Positions 1-10,319 of a DNA stretch of 64,000 nucleotides are shown here, one piece after another (within the stretch, counting starts at the first letter, position 1; each line of letters begins with the position of its first letter). The notes below the pieces were generated by a model. The model had not been told where the DNA came from. It saw nothing but the letters and a program-made list of their open reading frames with translations, and made no database searches. The translations under genes and the position numbers were made by a program. The stretch is from Zootoca vivipara (Eukaryota): NCBI RefSeq assembly GCF_963506605.1, contig NC_083290.1, forward strand, positions 30,194,001-30,258,000. Reading direction: 5' to 3'.

Positions 1-65
1 ACAAAGTTTGCATTACACCCCCACCCACCCACCCCCACAATATATATATGACTATATATCTATAT

Positions 66-67
<2 letters not shown>

Positions 68-116
<49 letters not shown>
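68..116. repeat. (CA)n microsatellite
   Basis: Uninterrupted CA dinucleotide run. Confidence 0.95.
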
Positions 117-118
<2 letters not shown>

Positions 119-144
119 ATTTGCTAATCCGTAACCAATTATCA

Positions 145-496
145 GGGGGCGCGGGTGGCGCTGTGGTCTACAGAACCTAAGGCTTGCCGATCAGAAGGTC
201 GGCGGTTCAACGGGGTGAGCTCCCATTGTTCGGTCCCAGCTCCTGCCCACCTAGCAGTTCGAAAGCACATCAGAGTGCAAGTAGATAAATAAGTACTGCT
301 CCGGCAGGAAGGTAAACGGCGTTTCCGTGAGCTGCTCTGGTTTTGCCAGAAGTGGCTTAGTCTTGCTGGCCACATGACCCGGAAGCAATCTGTGGACAAA
401 TGCTGGCTCCTTTGGCCTATAGAGCGAGATGAGCGTGCAACCCCAGAGTCGTCCGCAACTGGATCTAACGGTCAGGGGTACCTTTACCTTTACCTT
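145..496 (+). mobile_element. Sauria SINE, full length
   Basis: tRNA-like head (GGGGCGCGGGTGGCGCTGTGG...GGTTCAA), typical body and (ACCTTT)n tail; 13-bp TSD TAACCAATTATCA at 132-144 and 497-509. Confidence 0.9.
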
Positions 497-1677
497 TAAC
501 CAATTATCAACATCAAACAGTTCTTAATGGAAGTTAAAATCCAATGTCAGCTAGTGGTTCCCCCTTAGATTTGAATTGGAATGAGTCCTAGGACTCAGCT
601 ACATTAGTAAAAATAAAATGTTATAAATGCATGTGCCTACTTCATGGGAGTTCCAGAGGGTGGCAACATGAGAACAGGTCTTTGCAGTGGTGGCTCCTTC
701 TTTGTGAAATGCTCTCTTCAAGGAAAGTCACCTGGTATAATCTGTATCTATTTTTAGGCACCAAGCAAAAACCTTCATTTTTACCCAGGCTTTTGGCTTT
801 GAAGGGGTTTTAAATATTTGTGGCCGCTTTTGGCGGGGCAGGATCTGCTAGATATGTGTTTTGTTTATATAGATGTGATTTTTTAGTTCTGTATTTTTTT
901 TAAAAAAAGATTTTTAATTGTGTTCATTGTAGTTGGTTTTAGTATTTCTATTGTGCTTGTAAAATTGCTTTGAGTCATTTCCATGAGTAAAGTGGCAAAT
1001 AACTCATCACCAACACAATATGTCCTTTCTTCAACCCTCCTGATAGAAACCAGATCTCTGCATGCTTAGGGTATGACATGATACACACCTTAAGATTTTA
1101 TAGTCGGTTTGAATTACGAGCAGCAGTTTCCTGTCTCAAAAACAGAATTCCTTGTGAAATAGTTGTAATTACATAATGCCCAATTCAAGTTGCATCATGT
1201 TTGATGGAAAGTTTTTATAACTATGGGGAAGTTACAACTTTTGACCCATGGTCCTGGAAGGAGGAAGTCAGTTAATTAAGTTCTTTTATTGTAACAGTTT
1301 ATTAGTCCTGTGCATGTTTACTTGGGAGTAAGCCCTATTGAACTTGATGGAACTTGCCTCTGAGTGGATAGGCATGGGATTGCAGTGTTAGATTTCCGTC
1401 CCATTTACACATTTGTATTATGTTACTTTTCCCACTTCACATTTATTTTTAAACTTCTGTTCTAGACAAGGAATGTCATTTTTGTTATGCACTGCCACGT
1501 AAATGTTGTTTATTCCTAGATTAAATGTGATTTTAGCCTCATAGCATTTGGTTGCTGGTGTTGTAGTATGTCTTTGTATATGTACTGAGAGGATTATTGA
1601 GATCTGTAACTGCGGAGAGTTTGGACTCAGCTACATTAGTAAAGAAACAGGGATTTGAATGCCCTATAAATGTGCAA

Positions 1678-1692
1678 CAGCAGATGGCGGCA
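1678..1692 (+). promoter_or_regulatory. Candidate CTCF core motif (CAGCAGATGGCGGCA) inside a ~110-bp repeated element
   Basis: Matches the CTCF consensus CCASYAGRKGGCRS; a homologous copy lies at 53330-53344. Binding is not shown. Confidence 0.5.
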
Positions 1693-2008
1693 GAGAGCAG
1701 GAAATTTTAAAATGTGGTTTTCCATAGGGATTTCTTTCTTTTGTTATGATTGAGTGGAATTCTATGTTAGGAGTTTGCTGTTTTCTATATTTTATTTATG
1801 GATGTTGAGGTTTTCTATACTGCATTTAATTTTAATTTTTGGTAAATTGCTTGGTAATCCTTTCTGATGAAAAGTGGTATAGTCATACCTGAAATAATAA
1901 ATAAGTATATAAAATATGCAGAGTTTAGGCCCAAACAATGAGAATTCATAGAAAACAAAAAGGACACCCCCCACAAAAACTAACAAAATCAAAACTAGCA
2001 GAATATTA

Positions 2009-2172
2009 CCATACTTTTCTGTGTGTAAGACTAGGGTTGTTTTGTTTTGTTTTTACCTAAAAATAATGTTAAAAAGGGGGGTAGTCTTATACATGGTGAC
2101 AATCTCCCCCCCATTTCCTTAATTTTGAGTCCCCCAAATACACGAGGGCATGTTATACACGGAAAAATATGG
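2009..2172. mobile_element. Tc1/mariner-pogo-type MITE, degraded
   Basis: Imperfect TIRs CCATACTTTTCTGTGTGTAAGAC ... GTTATACACGGAAAAATATGG; TA on the left flank. Confidence 0.6.
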
Positions 2173-2410
2173 CATTTTTACCTTTTACAAGACTGTGTGA
2201 TTGTTGTTTTGGAGGGGAGAAAAGGGTGAAATACCAGGAGAATCTAGTCTGCCTTAAAGCACCCTGGATTACTTAAACTAAAAGATTAAAACTAACCTAT
2301 CTAAGCTTCCCTTTTAAGCTGCAAAGAGATGCACTCTGCCAAATTCACAAATGTGAGGAAGGATAAAATCTAATAACTATACCCTCTCCTAGCATCCATT
2401 CACATCCCTA
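2173..2410 (+). mobile_element. Relic 3' half of a copia-type LTR
   Basis: Shares the GAGGGGAGAAAAGGGTGAAATACCAGG block, the ACTCTGC block, a terminal hairpin and a ...CATCCCTACA end with the LTRs at 4780 and 61041. Confidence 0.55.
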
Positions 2411-3579
2411 CAGAAATGGCCTTAAGAGGCCAAAGTTTGCTAGTCCACCAAAGGTAATCTCAGCAGGTAATATTACAACTGGATCAGGCCAATGGGGGCC
2501 CATTTGGTCCAAGCATCTGTTCTCCCTGTGGCCAACCAGGTGCCCCAATGGGAAATACACAAGCGGGACATGGGAGAAATAGCACTCTCACCTCTTGTCA
2601 TCGCGGCAGTTGTTATCATGCAGAATGATACTGCGTCTCTCAGGGAAGGACTACGCTGGACCTAGCAAACCTATTAAGCCACATTTCCCTGTCCTTTGGA
2701 AGACAGTGCCAAACTTCTGGGAGTGGGGCTGGTCTTGCCCCTTGGGACTCCCGGCCTCTGCTAACTGCGAACATAAGGGACTGACTCAGCTAGAAGTCTG
2801 CTCTGACTTTGCAGAACTGGGCTGCACAGGTTGTCCCGGTAAAGGAGAGTGCCTTGAAATATTAATGAAGTGCTCCTTAAATTTGAGGAGGAGGAAGTGC
2901 AGTGGGGTCTTCTTCAGAGGGGATCAGCTGGAACCTGCCCAGGATGGTAGTGATGGGCAGCCTCTGTGAGCACAAAACAATCTAGAAGTCAGAGAGCTGT
3001 ACTGTCACTGTTGCCAAATTAATGGAGGATAAGGCTATCAGTGACTACTAGATATGCCTATTATATACTAGGCCTGTGCATCAGATTTGGCTGAGCCCAA
3101 TAGGGTAAATTTGAAGGGCCTCAGACAAGTCAGGAACACACAGCCAACACAGTTGGGCCGTTCTCCAGCTCCCTCAGCTCTGCTTGCCTAGCCCAGCCCA
3201 TAAGGAGCATGAGTGATAGACCCAAAATACTCCTCTTTCTAGTAGGTATATGAACCACCTGGGGTTTATAGCTGCTGAAACCATCTGGACTCAGAAGCCA
3301 CTGGGGTGTGATGCCCATTAGGACTGGCAGGGTGGAAGACTGGAAGGATAACAGTTTGCAGAACCAGAACTGAAGACAGGCTGAGCCAACTAATTCTGTG
3401 TTTGTCTCCATTCCCCCTGCAAAGACAAAACTGGATGGATGTCAAGAAAGGCAGGCAGGTGCAGACTGAGGTTGGTGGGCCGGTGCCCTCTCCTCCCTAT
3501 GGACCACGCACTGCGCAGGATGAGCCCAGCCCACCATTACTTTCTATCAGGAAGGCGAGAGTGACGGGAGGCCGCTTGC

Positions 3580-3600
3580 ATCAGGACTATGGATAGCGCC
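3580..3600 (+). promoter_or_regulatory. RE1/NRSE-like (REST) site upstream of SCN2B
   Basis: TCAGGACTATGGATAGCGCC versus consensus TCAGCACCAYGGACAGCGCC: 17/20 match with canonical half-site spacing. Confidence 0.55.
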
Positions 3601-4779
3601 CCAGTAGAAAGATGTGGATCTGGGATAGGCCGGAGGGGCGCTGCGCTGGGGCTTGGAGCGGCTCAACAGTCCCTTTCCTCGCTCCCCTTCCCCACAGCAG
3701 CCAAGGCTCTTCCTTCACCCCTAAGCAGCCAAGCAGCCCCAGCAGATGCGAGACAAGTCCAAAGCGTACCTACAACACTGCCAGAGCCCTCTCTGCGCGG
3801 GCTCTGTCTGAGCGGACCCGGGAGACGCCACCCAGAGCCTGTGCAGAAGCGTAGCCGGCTGTATTCTTTGGTTTCGCGTTGCCGCCCTCCGACGTTTATT
3901 GGAGCGTCCAGAAAGCGGGGAAGTTAAGGGAGCTCTTTCTCCGCACCCGACACTTCAGCTAGTGCCCAAGGAAGGGAGCAGGATAGCCAAGGCATTCACT
4001 TGTGGGTGGGGAGGCCTTCGGAGCCTGCAGTGTGTTTGTATGGGATGGGGGGGGCGTTTGATTCGCCGCTGGCTCCCTGTCCCGACTGGTCCCCAGCAGC
4101 TCCCACTGGCAACGCAGACTGAGCAGCTCAGGGCCAACTGGGAGGAGGAGGAAGCAGCCGTGGCACACAGCGCTTGGTGGAGGGGAGAAGAGAGGGTGGC
4201 GTGGCTGGGGTCTGTCTTGTTTGCTTGCCGTGGAAGAGGCGGGAGCGCATCCATCCATTCCTTGCCACCTATCCGCCTGGAGCATGCTGCCGCGCCACTT
4301 TCTGTCCTCTTGGACGATTGCGCGCGGTAGGGGGTGGGGAAGGGCTGCTGCCTGCTGGATTACCACATTGGGATGCCTAAATTGATACTCTTGACCCTTC
4401 TCGCCCTCCCTGCCCAATCGCTGGGGCAGTTGCTGCGAAAGAGGAAGGGGTGCGCGCGCAAGGGTCCAATAGCCAGTCGGGGGAGCTACTCTACTATCTC
4501 TCTTGCGCGGGGTAGTGTTGCTTTAACTGGGAATATGAAATGCACTTGGCTCCTCCGGGACCAAATTGAGGGGGCAGGCAATAAATCATTTGAAGAGCAG
4601 GGAATTCTCCCCCCACCCCCGCGCGAAGGTCCCCTACCAGCCTTCTCCTGCTCAGCAGGTTTTGGGGAGGGAGCCCTTGAAATGGGCATTTGCTCCAGGA
4701 GGCACCCCGTGCATAGATTGGGCTGGAGGACAAGAAGACGTCCCTCTGGAGCGGGTGGCTGAGAAGTTGACTTCGGCCG

Positions 4780-5372
4780 TGTGGGATGCAAAGGGTTAAG
4801 TGCAGTCAAGTCACAACAATCCCTAGATAGTCCACTTGGAGGACTGAGGAGGAGGATATGACTAAGCGTAGTTTCCTCTTCCTTCACATGCAAATGAGTT
4901 GAGGAAGTGGCAGATAAATCCTGAAGGAAACAGCCATTTTCCCTCTCTTGGACCAGACCTCTTGGACTACACACATCTTAGTGAGTCTCTCCCTCAAGGC
5001 CTCCAGCCTAGAGAGAGAGATGAGATGGAGTCTCACTTCTTATAAGTGAACTTCACAATGTATATATTACCTTTTAACTAAGCAAGTCTACCTCTTGAGT
5101 GTGCTGTACCTCGAGATGCTTGTAAGTAAACATCTTTTATACTTTTAAGAGCATTGTGTTGTGTCTTTTCTTTTAAGAGGGAAAAAGGGGAAATACCAGG
5201 AAAATACACTTTATTTTAGTGGCTTAAATCAAGCCTGCGCAAACGTTCTTCTGCTGTGTATTTTGCAAAAGGGGAATGTTTTACTCTGCTAAAGTTTTGT
5301 GCTTGCTAGCGCAAGCGGGGATAGGATATATTAAACAATATCTCCTCATCCACATTCCTGAACATTCCCACA
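4780..5372 (+). repeat. 5' LTR of the copia element
   Basis: TGTGGGATG...CATTCCCACA; no difference from 9727-10319 found by eye. Confidence 0.97.
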
Positions 5373-5374
5373 TA

Positions 5375-5391
5375 GGGTTATTGCGGCCCAG
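5375..5391 (+). promoter_or_regulatory. Primer-binding site, internal tRNA-iMet type, interrupted
   Basis: GGGTTAT-TGC-GGCCCAG 2 nt after the LTR; the complement of the tRNA-iMet anticodon-arm region is GGGTTAT-G-GGCCCAG. Confidence 0.7.
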
Positions 5392-5645
5392 AGTTGCGTA
5401 TTTTGTGTATTTTTGAAGGATTGATTTGGATTGTGATTTTGAACTCTGTAGGATTTTTCCAGTTAGGATTTCCTGGTTGAGCACATGGTCTCTTTGTTCT
5501 GCAGTGTGCTTGGGGGATTAACTACCCCTCCCCTCCCTCAGAGTTTACAGCACTGAGAAAGCTCAGAGGTAGTGAAGATATTTTTGAGATTTTGAATTTG
5601 ATTTTTGAAAGATTTTTGAATTTTGGAAATTTTTGAAGTTTTAAG

Positions 5646-8600
5646 ATGGCAAGCTCCAGTTTTGATAGTGAGGCAAGACCAAGTTTTATGCTGCTGGATG
5701 ACAATAATTTTGTGCAGTGGAAGCAGCGCGTTTTAGTTTATCTTGCTGCTAGGCGTGTTCTGCAGGCCATTAAGGAAGAAAAGCCTACAGGAACCGATGC
5801 AGAAGCTTTAGCTAAGATAGAAGCTTGGAGTATTAAAAATGATGAAGCCAAGCACATAATTTTGAGCAGTTTGAGGAATGAGCATCTATCAATGATAAAT
5901 TTTGAAGATGATGCATCTAAGATCCTAGAGGACATTGAACGCATTTATGCACAATCTACAGAGAGTTCCTATAGATACTTGTTGGATAAGTTACTCAAGT
6001 TGAAGATGAATTCTAGAGAAGAGTTTACAGAGCATTTTAAGAATTTTTCTGAGATTGTTCAAAGAATTGCCCTTACTCCCAGAGCCTTTGATGATGTGAC
6101 TAAAGTAACGTTTATGCTTGCATCATTGGGACCTACGTTTGCTCCATTTAAAAGTATAATGGATCACACAAAGGATTTAACTTTTAATGAGCTTATCAAC
6201 CATTTAAGAGAGGAATGCAGAGATAGCCTTGATTCTCAAGAAAGGAATCCAAGGAGGAAGGATAGCAGCTATGCATCCAAGCATTTTGGAAAGTCCAGAC
6301 AGACATCTAGAGAAATAATTTGTTTTAAATGCAATGGGAAAAACCACATAGCAAGGAACTGCAAGAGTCAAAATGGGGATAAAGTTGAATCCCACCCCTC
6401 AAAACCACAAGGTGTTAAGAAGGGGAGTCATGAGCAAACCATGTTGATGCAGGAGAGGAGTTTAGCTGTCCAGGATTGTGAAAATAAGCGCAATAAGTGG
6501 ATTCTTGACAGTGGAGCGAGTTCTCATTTCTGTTATGAAAAGGAGTATTTTAATGAGATTAATGGGGATGAAACCTCTGAAATTGAGATTGCTGATGGCA
6601 ACATTGTAAAGGCAATTGGTTCAGGAACTGTGAATTTGAAATTCAACGTAGATCATGAAACAATTAATACTAAGATAACTGAAGTTAAGTTTGCACCAAA
6701 GCTTAATTGCAACTTACTCAGCGTGTCCAGTTTGGACAGGAAAGGTTTTAAAATTACATTTGAAAAAGGACAATGTATTGTGACTAAGCATGATGAAGTT
6801 TATGTTCAAGGCACACTAAAGGATGGTGTATATGAGCTTAATGTTTCAGAGAACCAGCAGAACCAGTCTGCAAAGGTGGCGCAACCAAGTCAAAAGGACG
6901 AAGGAAGTCTGGAACTCTGGCACAAGAGACTTGGACACAGAGACACCAACGTTATTCTGGAACTACAGAAAGGTGATCTTGTGAGAGGTCTGCAGGTAAA
7001 GCAAAGCAACACAAATACACCAACATCAAAATGTATAACTTGTGTTAGTGAGAAAGCAACTAAACCTTCTTTCCCACGTTGTGCAGAGAAGAGAAGCACT
7101 AAAGTATTGGACATTGTCCATACAGATCTATGTGGACCAATGAATGTGTCTTCTCTAGGAGGTAATAAATATATTTTGATATTTTTGGACGATTTCTCGA
7201 GATTCTGCGTAGCCTACTTTATCAAGGAGAAGAGTGAGACAGTGGAATTGTTCAGGGACTATCTTAACATGGTCAAGAACAAGTTCCAGCGAGCCCCTTC
7301 CATTTTAATGTCCGATAATGGTGGGGAATTTTGTTCACATGAGATGCAGGCCGTCATGGCTAGAGAAGGCATATCACACGTGACCACAGTTGCCTACACA
7401 CCCCAACAAAACTCAATTGCAGAGAGGAAATTTAGATCCATTTTGGAAATGACAAGGTGCATGCTAAAGGAAGCTAACTTGTCACACAGGCTGTGGGGTG
7501 AAGCGGCTCGTTGCTCAGTCTATCTTCAGAACAGACTGCCCACAAAAGGCGCAGAGCGCACACCATTTGAACTTTGGCATGGAAAAGCCCCAAATTTGTC
7601 ACATATACGTGTATTTGGAAGTTTGTGCTACTATCATGTGCCCAAGGAGCACAGACACAAACTTGATTCCAGAGCGAAGGCAGGGATCCTAGTTGGGTAC
7701 GCTTCTGGAGGAAAAGGATATAGAGTCTTGGATCCGCAAACTGGCAAGACAAGTTCGCAGCATGTAATTTACTTCGATGAGCAAGGCAAAGTTGATACAA
7801 AGGACACTGCCATTGATTGTTCCAAGGAGCCACAGGATGAGGAATTTGTGATTTTTCCTTTTGAACCAATACAAAGTACTAATCCAACTTCTAGTGTCGT
7901 AGCACCCCCTATAGGTGACACCCGAGAAGACGTGGAGGTCCAGGCCCCTGGCAGCACCAGAGACGAAGATGATGACGAGCAGCTGTATGGGGATATGCCA
8001 CTGCTGGAGGAGGATGAGGAAGCTGATGCGGTCGAAAGACCAGAGGTCAGACGCTCATCCAGAACCAACAGAGGTGTTCCACCATTACGGCTGTCCTACC
8101 TTACAAGGTCGGCGTCTCCACAGGAACCTTCCAAATGGGAAGAGATAGAGAGGATGCCACCAGATGAAGCCAGTCTCTGGAGGAAAGCTGCTCAGGAGGA
8201 GATAGATGCACTTCATCGGAACAGGACCTGGACACTCACAGAACTACCTCCTGGTAAGGAAGCAATTGGAAGTAAATGGGTGTTCAAGGTTAAAAAGGGT
8301 TCAGAAGGGGAGGTGCAACGCTACAAAGCTAGGCTTGTGGCACAAGGTTTTTCCCAGAAGTATGGAGAGGATTACGATCAAGTGTTTGCACCGACAGTTC
8401 GATACAGCAGTGTCAGACTACTTTTAAGTATTGCAGCATCTAAGCAAATGTCAGTTTACCATATTGACATTGCGACAGCCTTTCTTCACGGCGAAATTTC
8501 TGAGCAGATTTATATGAAGCAGCCCAAAGGTTTCATTAAACCAAATGAGGCACATCTAGTGTGCAAGCTGCAGAAAGGACTTTATGGTTTGAAGCAAGCA

Positions 8601-9671
8601 GCGAGGGCTTGGAACCAGAAACTCCATGAGATGCTGGTGCAGCTTGGGTACAAGCAAGGGACTGCTGATAAGTGCTTGTACACCAAACAAAGGAATGGAC
8701 AGTTTTCGTACATTTTAGCCTTTGTTGACGACCTTTTAATTTCTACGTCAAATGAGAAAGACTATAAAGACATAGTCAAACACCTCAACAGGGAAGTAGA
8801 GGTCAAGGAACTTGGAAAAGTGAAATACTACTTGGGAATTCAAGTTGAGAGAGAAGAGGATGGATCGTTCTTACTCAGCCAAAGGCAAAAGATAACTGAA
8901 CTGATTGAAAGCATGCAGATGCAGGACGCACACCCAGTTGCGACACCGATGGCCACAGACTTCTTGAAGAATCAACAAGGTTCGAAGTTGCTGCCAAACA
9001 ACACGCAATACAGGTCAGCGGTCGGCAAACTTTTGTATTTGGTTACCACATGCAGACCTGACCTGGCAAGTGCAGTGGGGATCCTAAGTAGGAAAGTAAG
9101 TTGTCCCACTGAGCATGATTGGGCTGGAGTTAAGAGGGTTGTTCGTTATCTAAAGGGAACCATGGACTGTAAATTAAAACTGCCAGCTGTCAGAGACCCT
9201 AAACTGCTTGGGTACACTGATGCGGATTGGGCTGGGGACAATAAGGATTATAAATCCACAAGTGGCTATGTTTTTATGTATGGGGACGGAGCTATTGCAT
9301 GGGGCAGCTATAAACAGAAATGTGTAGCTTTATCGTCCACAGAATCTGAGTACATTGCGGCTTCGGAAGCTTGCAGAGAGATCCCCTGGCTGGATCAGCT
9401 CCTGAAGGACTTTGGCGTGCCAAGAACGGGACCTGTCAGCTTGATGGAGGACAATCAGAGCAGTATGAAGCTGACACAAAGTGAAAAGTTCCTTGCACGC
9501 ACCAAACACATTGGGGTCAGGTACCACTACATACGCCAGGTGATCGAGGATAGACTTGTTGAAATGTGTTACTGCAACACTGACCAGATGACTGCAGATG
9601 TCCTAACAAAGCCCCTGCCAAGAGAGAAGTTCCAGGATCTTCGTGGCAAGCTGGGACTCTTGGGTGGTTGA
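5646..9671 (+). CDS. Copia Gag-Pol polyprotein, 1341 aa, uninterrupted
   Basis: Zn knuckle CFKCNGKNHIARNC; protease WILDSGASSH; integrase HHCC (LWHKRLGH...CITC), DDE (HTDLCGP, SDNGGEF, IAER) and GKGY; RT (KWVFKVK, YKARLVAQG, LYGLKQ, FVDD); RNase H (YTDADWAG, STESEY, EDNQS, ADVLTKPL). Confidence 0.98.
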   Translation: MASSSFDSEARPSFMLLDDNNFVQWKQRVLVYLAARRVLQAIKEEKPTGTDAEALAKIEAWSIKNDEAKHIILSSLRNEHLSMINFEDDASKILEDIERIYAQSTESSYRYLLDKLLKLKMNSREEFTEHFKNFSEIVQRIALTPRAFDDVTKVTFMLASLGPTFAPFKSIMDHTKDLTFNELINHLREECRDSLDSQERNPRRKDSSYASKHFGKSRQTSREIICFKCNGKNHIARNCKSQNGDKVESHPSKPQGVKKGSHEQTMLMQERSLAVQDCENKRNKWILDSGASSHFCYEKEYFNEINGDETSEIEIADGNIVKAIGSGTVNLKFNVDHETINTKITEVKFAPKLNCNLLSVSSLDRKGFKITFEKGQCIVTKHDEVYVQGTLKDGVYELNVSENQQNQSAKVAQPSQKDEGSLELWHKRLGHRDTNVILELQKGDLVRGLQVKQSNTNTPTSKCITCVSEKATKPSFPRCAEKRSTKVLDIVHTDLCGPMNVSSLGGNKYILIFLDDFSRFCVAYFIKEKSETVELFRDYLNMVKNKFQRAPSILMSDNGGEFCSHEMQAVMAREGISHVTTVAYTPQQNSIAERKFRSILEMTRCMLKEANLSHRLWGEAARCSVYLQNRLPTKGAERTPFELWHGKAPNLSHIRVFGSLCYYHVPKEHRHKLDSRAKAGILVGYASGGKGYRVLDPQTGKTSSQHVIYFDEQGKVDTKDTAIDCSKEPQDEEFVIFPFEPIQSTNPTSSVVAPPIGDTREDVEVQAPGSTRDEDDDEQLYGDMPLLEEDEEADAVERPEVRRSSRTNRGVPPLRLSYLTRSASPQEPSKWEEIERMPPDEASLWRKAAQEEIDALHRNRTWTLTELPPGKEAIGSKWVFKVKKGSEGEVQRYKARLVAQGFSQKYGEDYDQVFAPTVRYSSVRLLLSIAASKQMSVYHIDIATAFLHGEISEQIYMKQPKGFIKPNEAHLVCKLQKGLYGLKQAARAWNQKLHEMLVQLGYKQGTADKCLYTKQRNGQFSYILAFVDDLLISTSNEKDYKDIVKHLNREVEVKELGKVKYYLGIQVEREEDGSFLLSQRQKITELIESMQMQDAHPVATPMATDFLKNQQGSKLLPNNTQYRSAVGKLLYLVTTCRPDLASAVGILSRKVSCPTEHDWAGVKRVVRYLKGTMDCKLKLPAVRDPKLLGYTDADWAGDNKDYKSTSGYVFMYGDGAIAWGSYKQKCVALSSTESEYIAASEACREIPWLDQLLKDFGVPRTGPVSLMEDNQSSMKLTQSEKFLARTKHIGVRYHYIRQVIEDRLVEMCYCNTDQMTADVLTKPLPREKFQDLRGKLGLLGG

Positions 9672-9715
9672 TTAAAGTTATTTATGTATGTTTTTGTGTA
9701 TGTTGTGAATTGCCT

Positions 9716-9724
9716 GAGAAGGGG
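9716..9724 (+). promoter_or_regulatory. Polypurine tract of the copia element
   Basis: GAGAAGGGG 2 nt before the 3' LTR. Confidence 0.8.
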
Positions 9725-9726
9725 TT

Positions 9727-10319
9727 TGTGGGATGCAAAGGGTTAAGTGCAGTCAAGTCACAACAATCCCTAGATAGTCCACTTGGAGGACTGAGGAGGA
9801 GGATATGACTAAGCGTAGTTTCCTCTTCCTTCACATGCAAATGAGTTGAGGAAGTGGCAGATAAATCCTGAAGGAAACAGCCATTTTCCCTCTCTTGGAC
9901 CAGACCTCTTGGACTACACACATCTTAGTGAGTCTCTCCCTCAAGGCCTCCAGCCTAGAGAGAGAGATGAGATGGAGTCTCACTTCTTATAAGTGAACTT
10001 CACAATGTATATATTACCTTTTAACTAAGCAAGTCTACCTCTTGAGTGTGCTGTACCTCGAGATGCTTGTAAGTAAACATCTTTTATACTTTTAAGAGCA
10101 TTGTGTTGTGTCTTTTCTTTTAAGAGGGAAAAAGGGGAAATACCAGGAAAATACACTTTATTTTAGTGGCTTAAATCAAGCCTGCGCAAACGTTCTTCTG
10201 CTGTGTATTTTGCAAAAGGGGAATGTTTTACTCTGCTAAAGTTTTGTGCTTGCTAGCGCAAGCGGGGATAGGATATATTAAACAATATCTCCTCATCCAC
10301 ATTCCTGAACATTCCCACA
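9727..10319 (+). repeat. 3' LTR of the copia element
   Basis: 593-bp direct repeat of 4780-5372, followed by TSD GGCCG. Confidence 0.97.

Larger units (their letters stand above)
4780..10319 (+). mobile_element. Full-length Ty1/copia LTR retrotransposon (5540 bp)
   Basis: Two 593-bp TG...CA LTRs, 5-bp TSD GGCCG (4775-4779 and 10320-10324), PBS-like sequence, PPT, and a single gag-pol ORF in copia order PR-IN-RT-RH. Confidence 0.98.

Noticed and set aside
1-3500. 3' exons of JAML, the expected syntenic neighbour of SCN2B
   Set aside because: No Ig, TM or tail-like coding exon is recognisable; the region is mostly repeat-derived.
9672-9726. env-like gene in the copia element
   Set aside because: Only 55 bp separate the pol stop from the 3' LTR.
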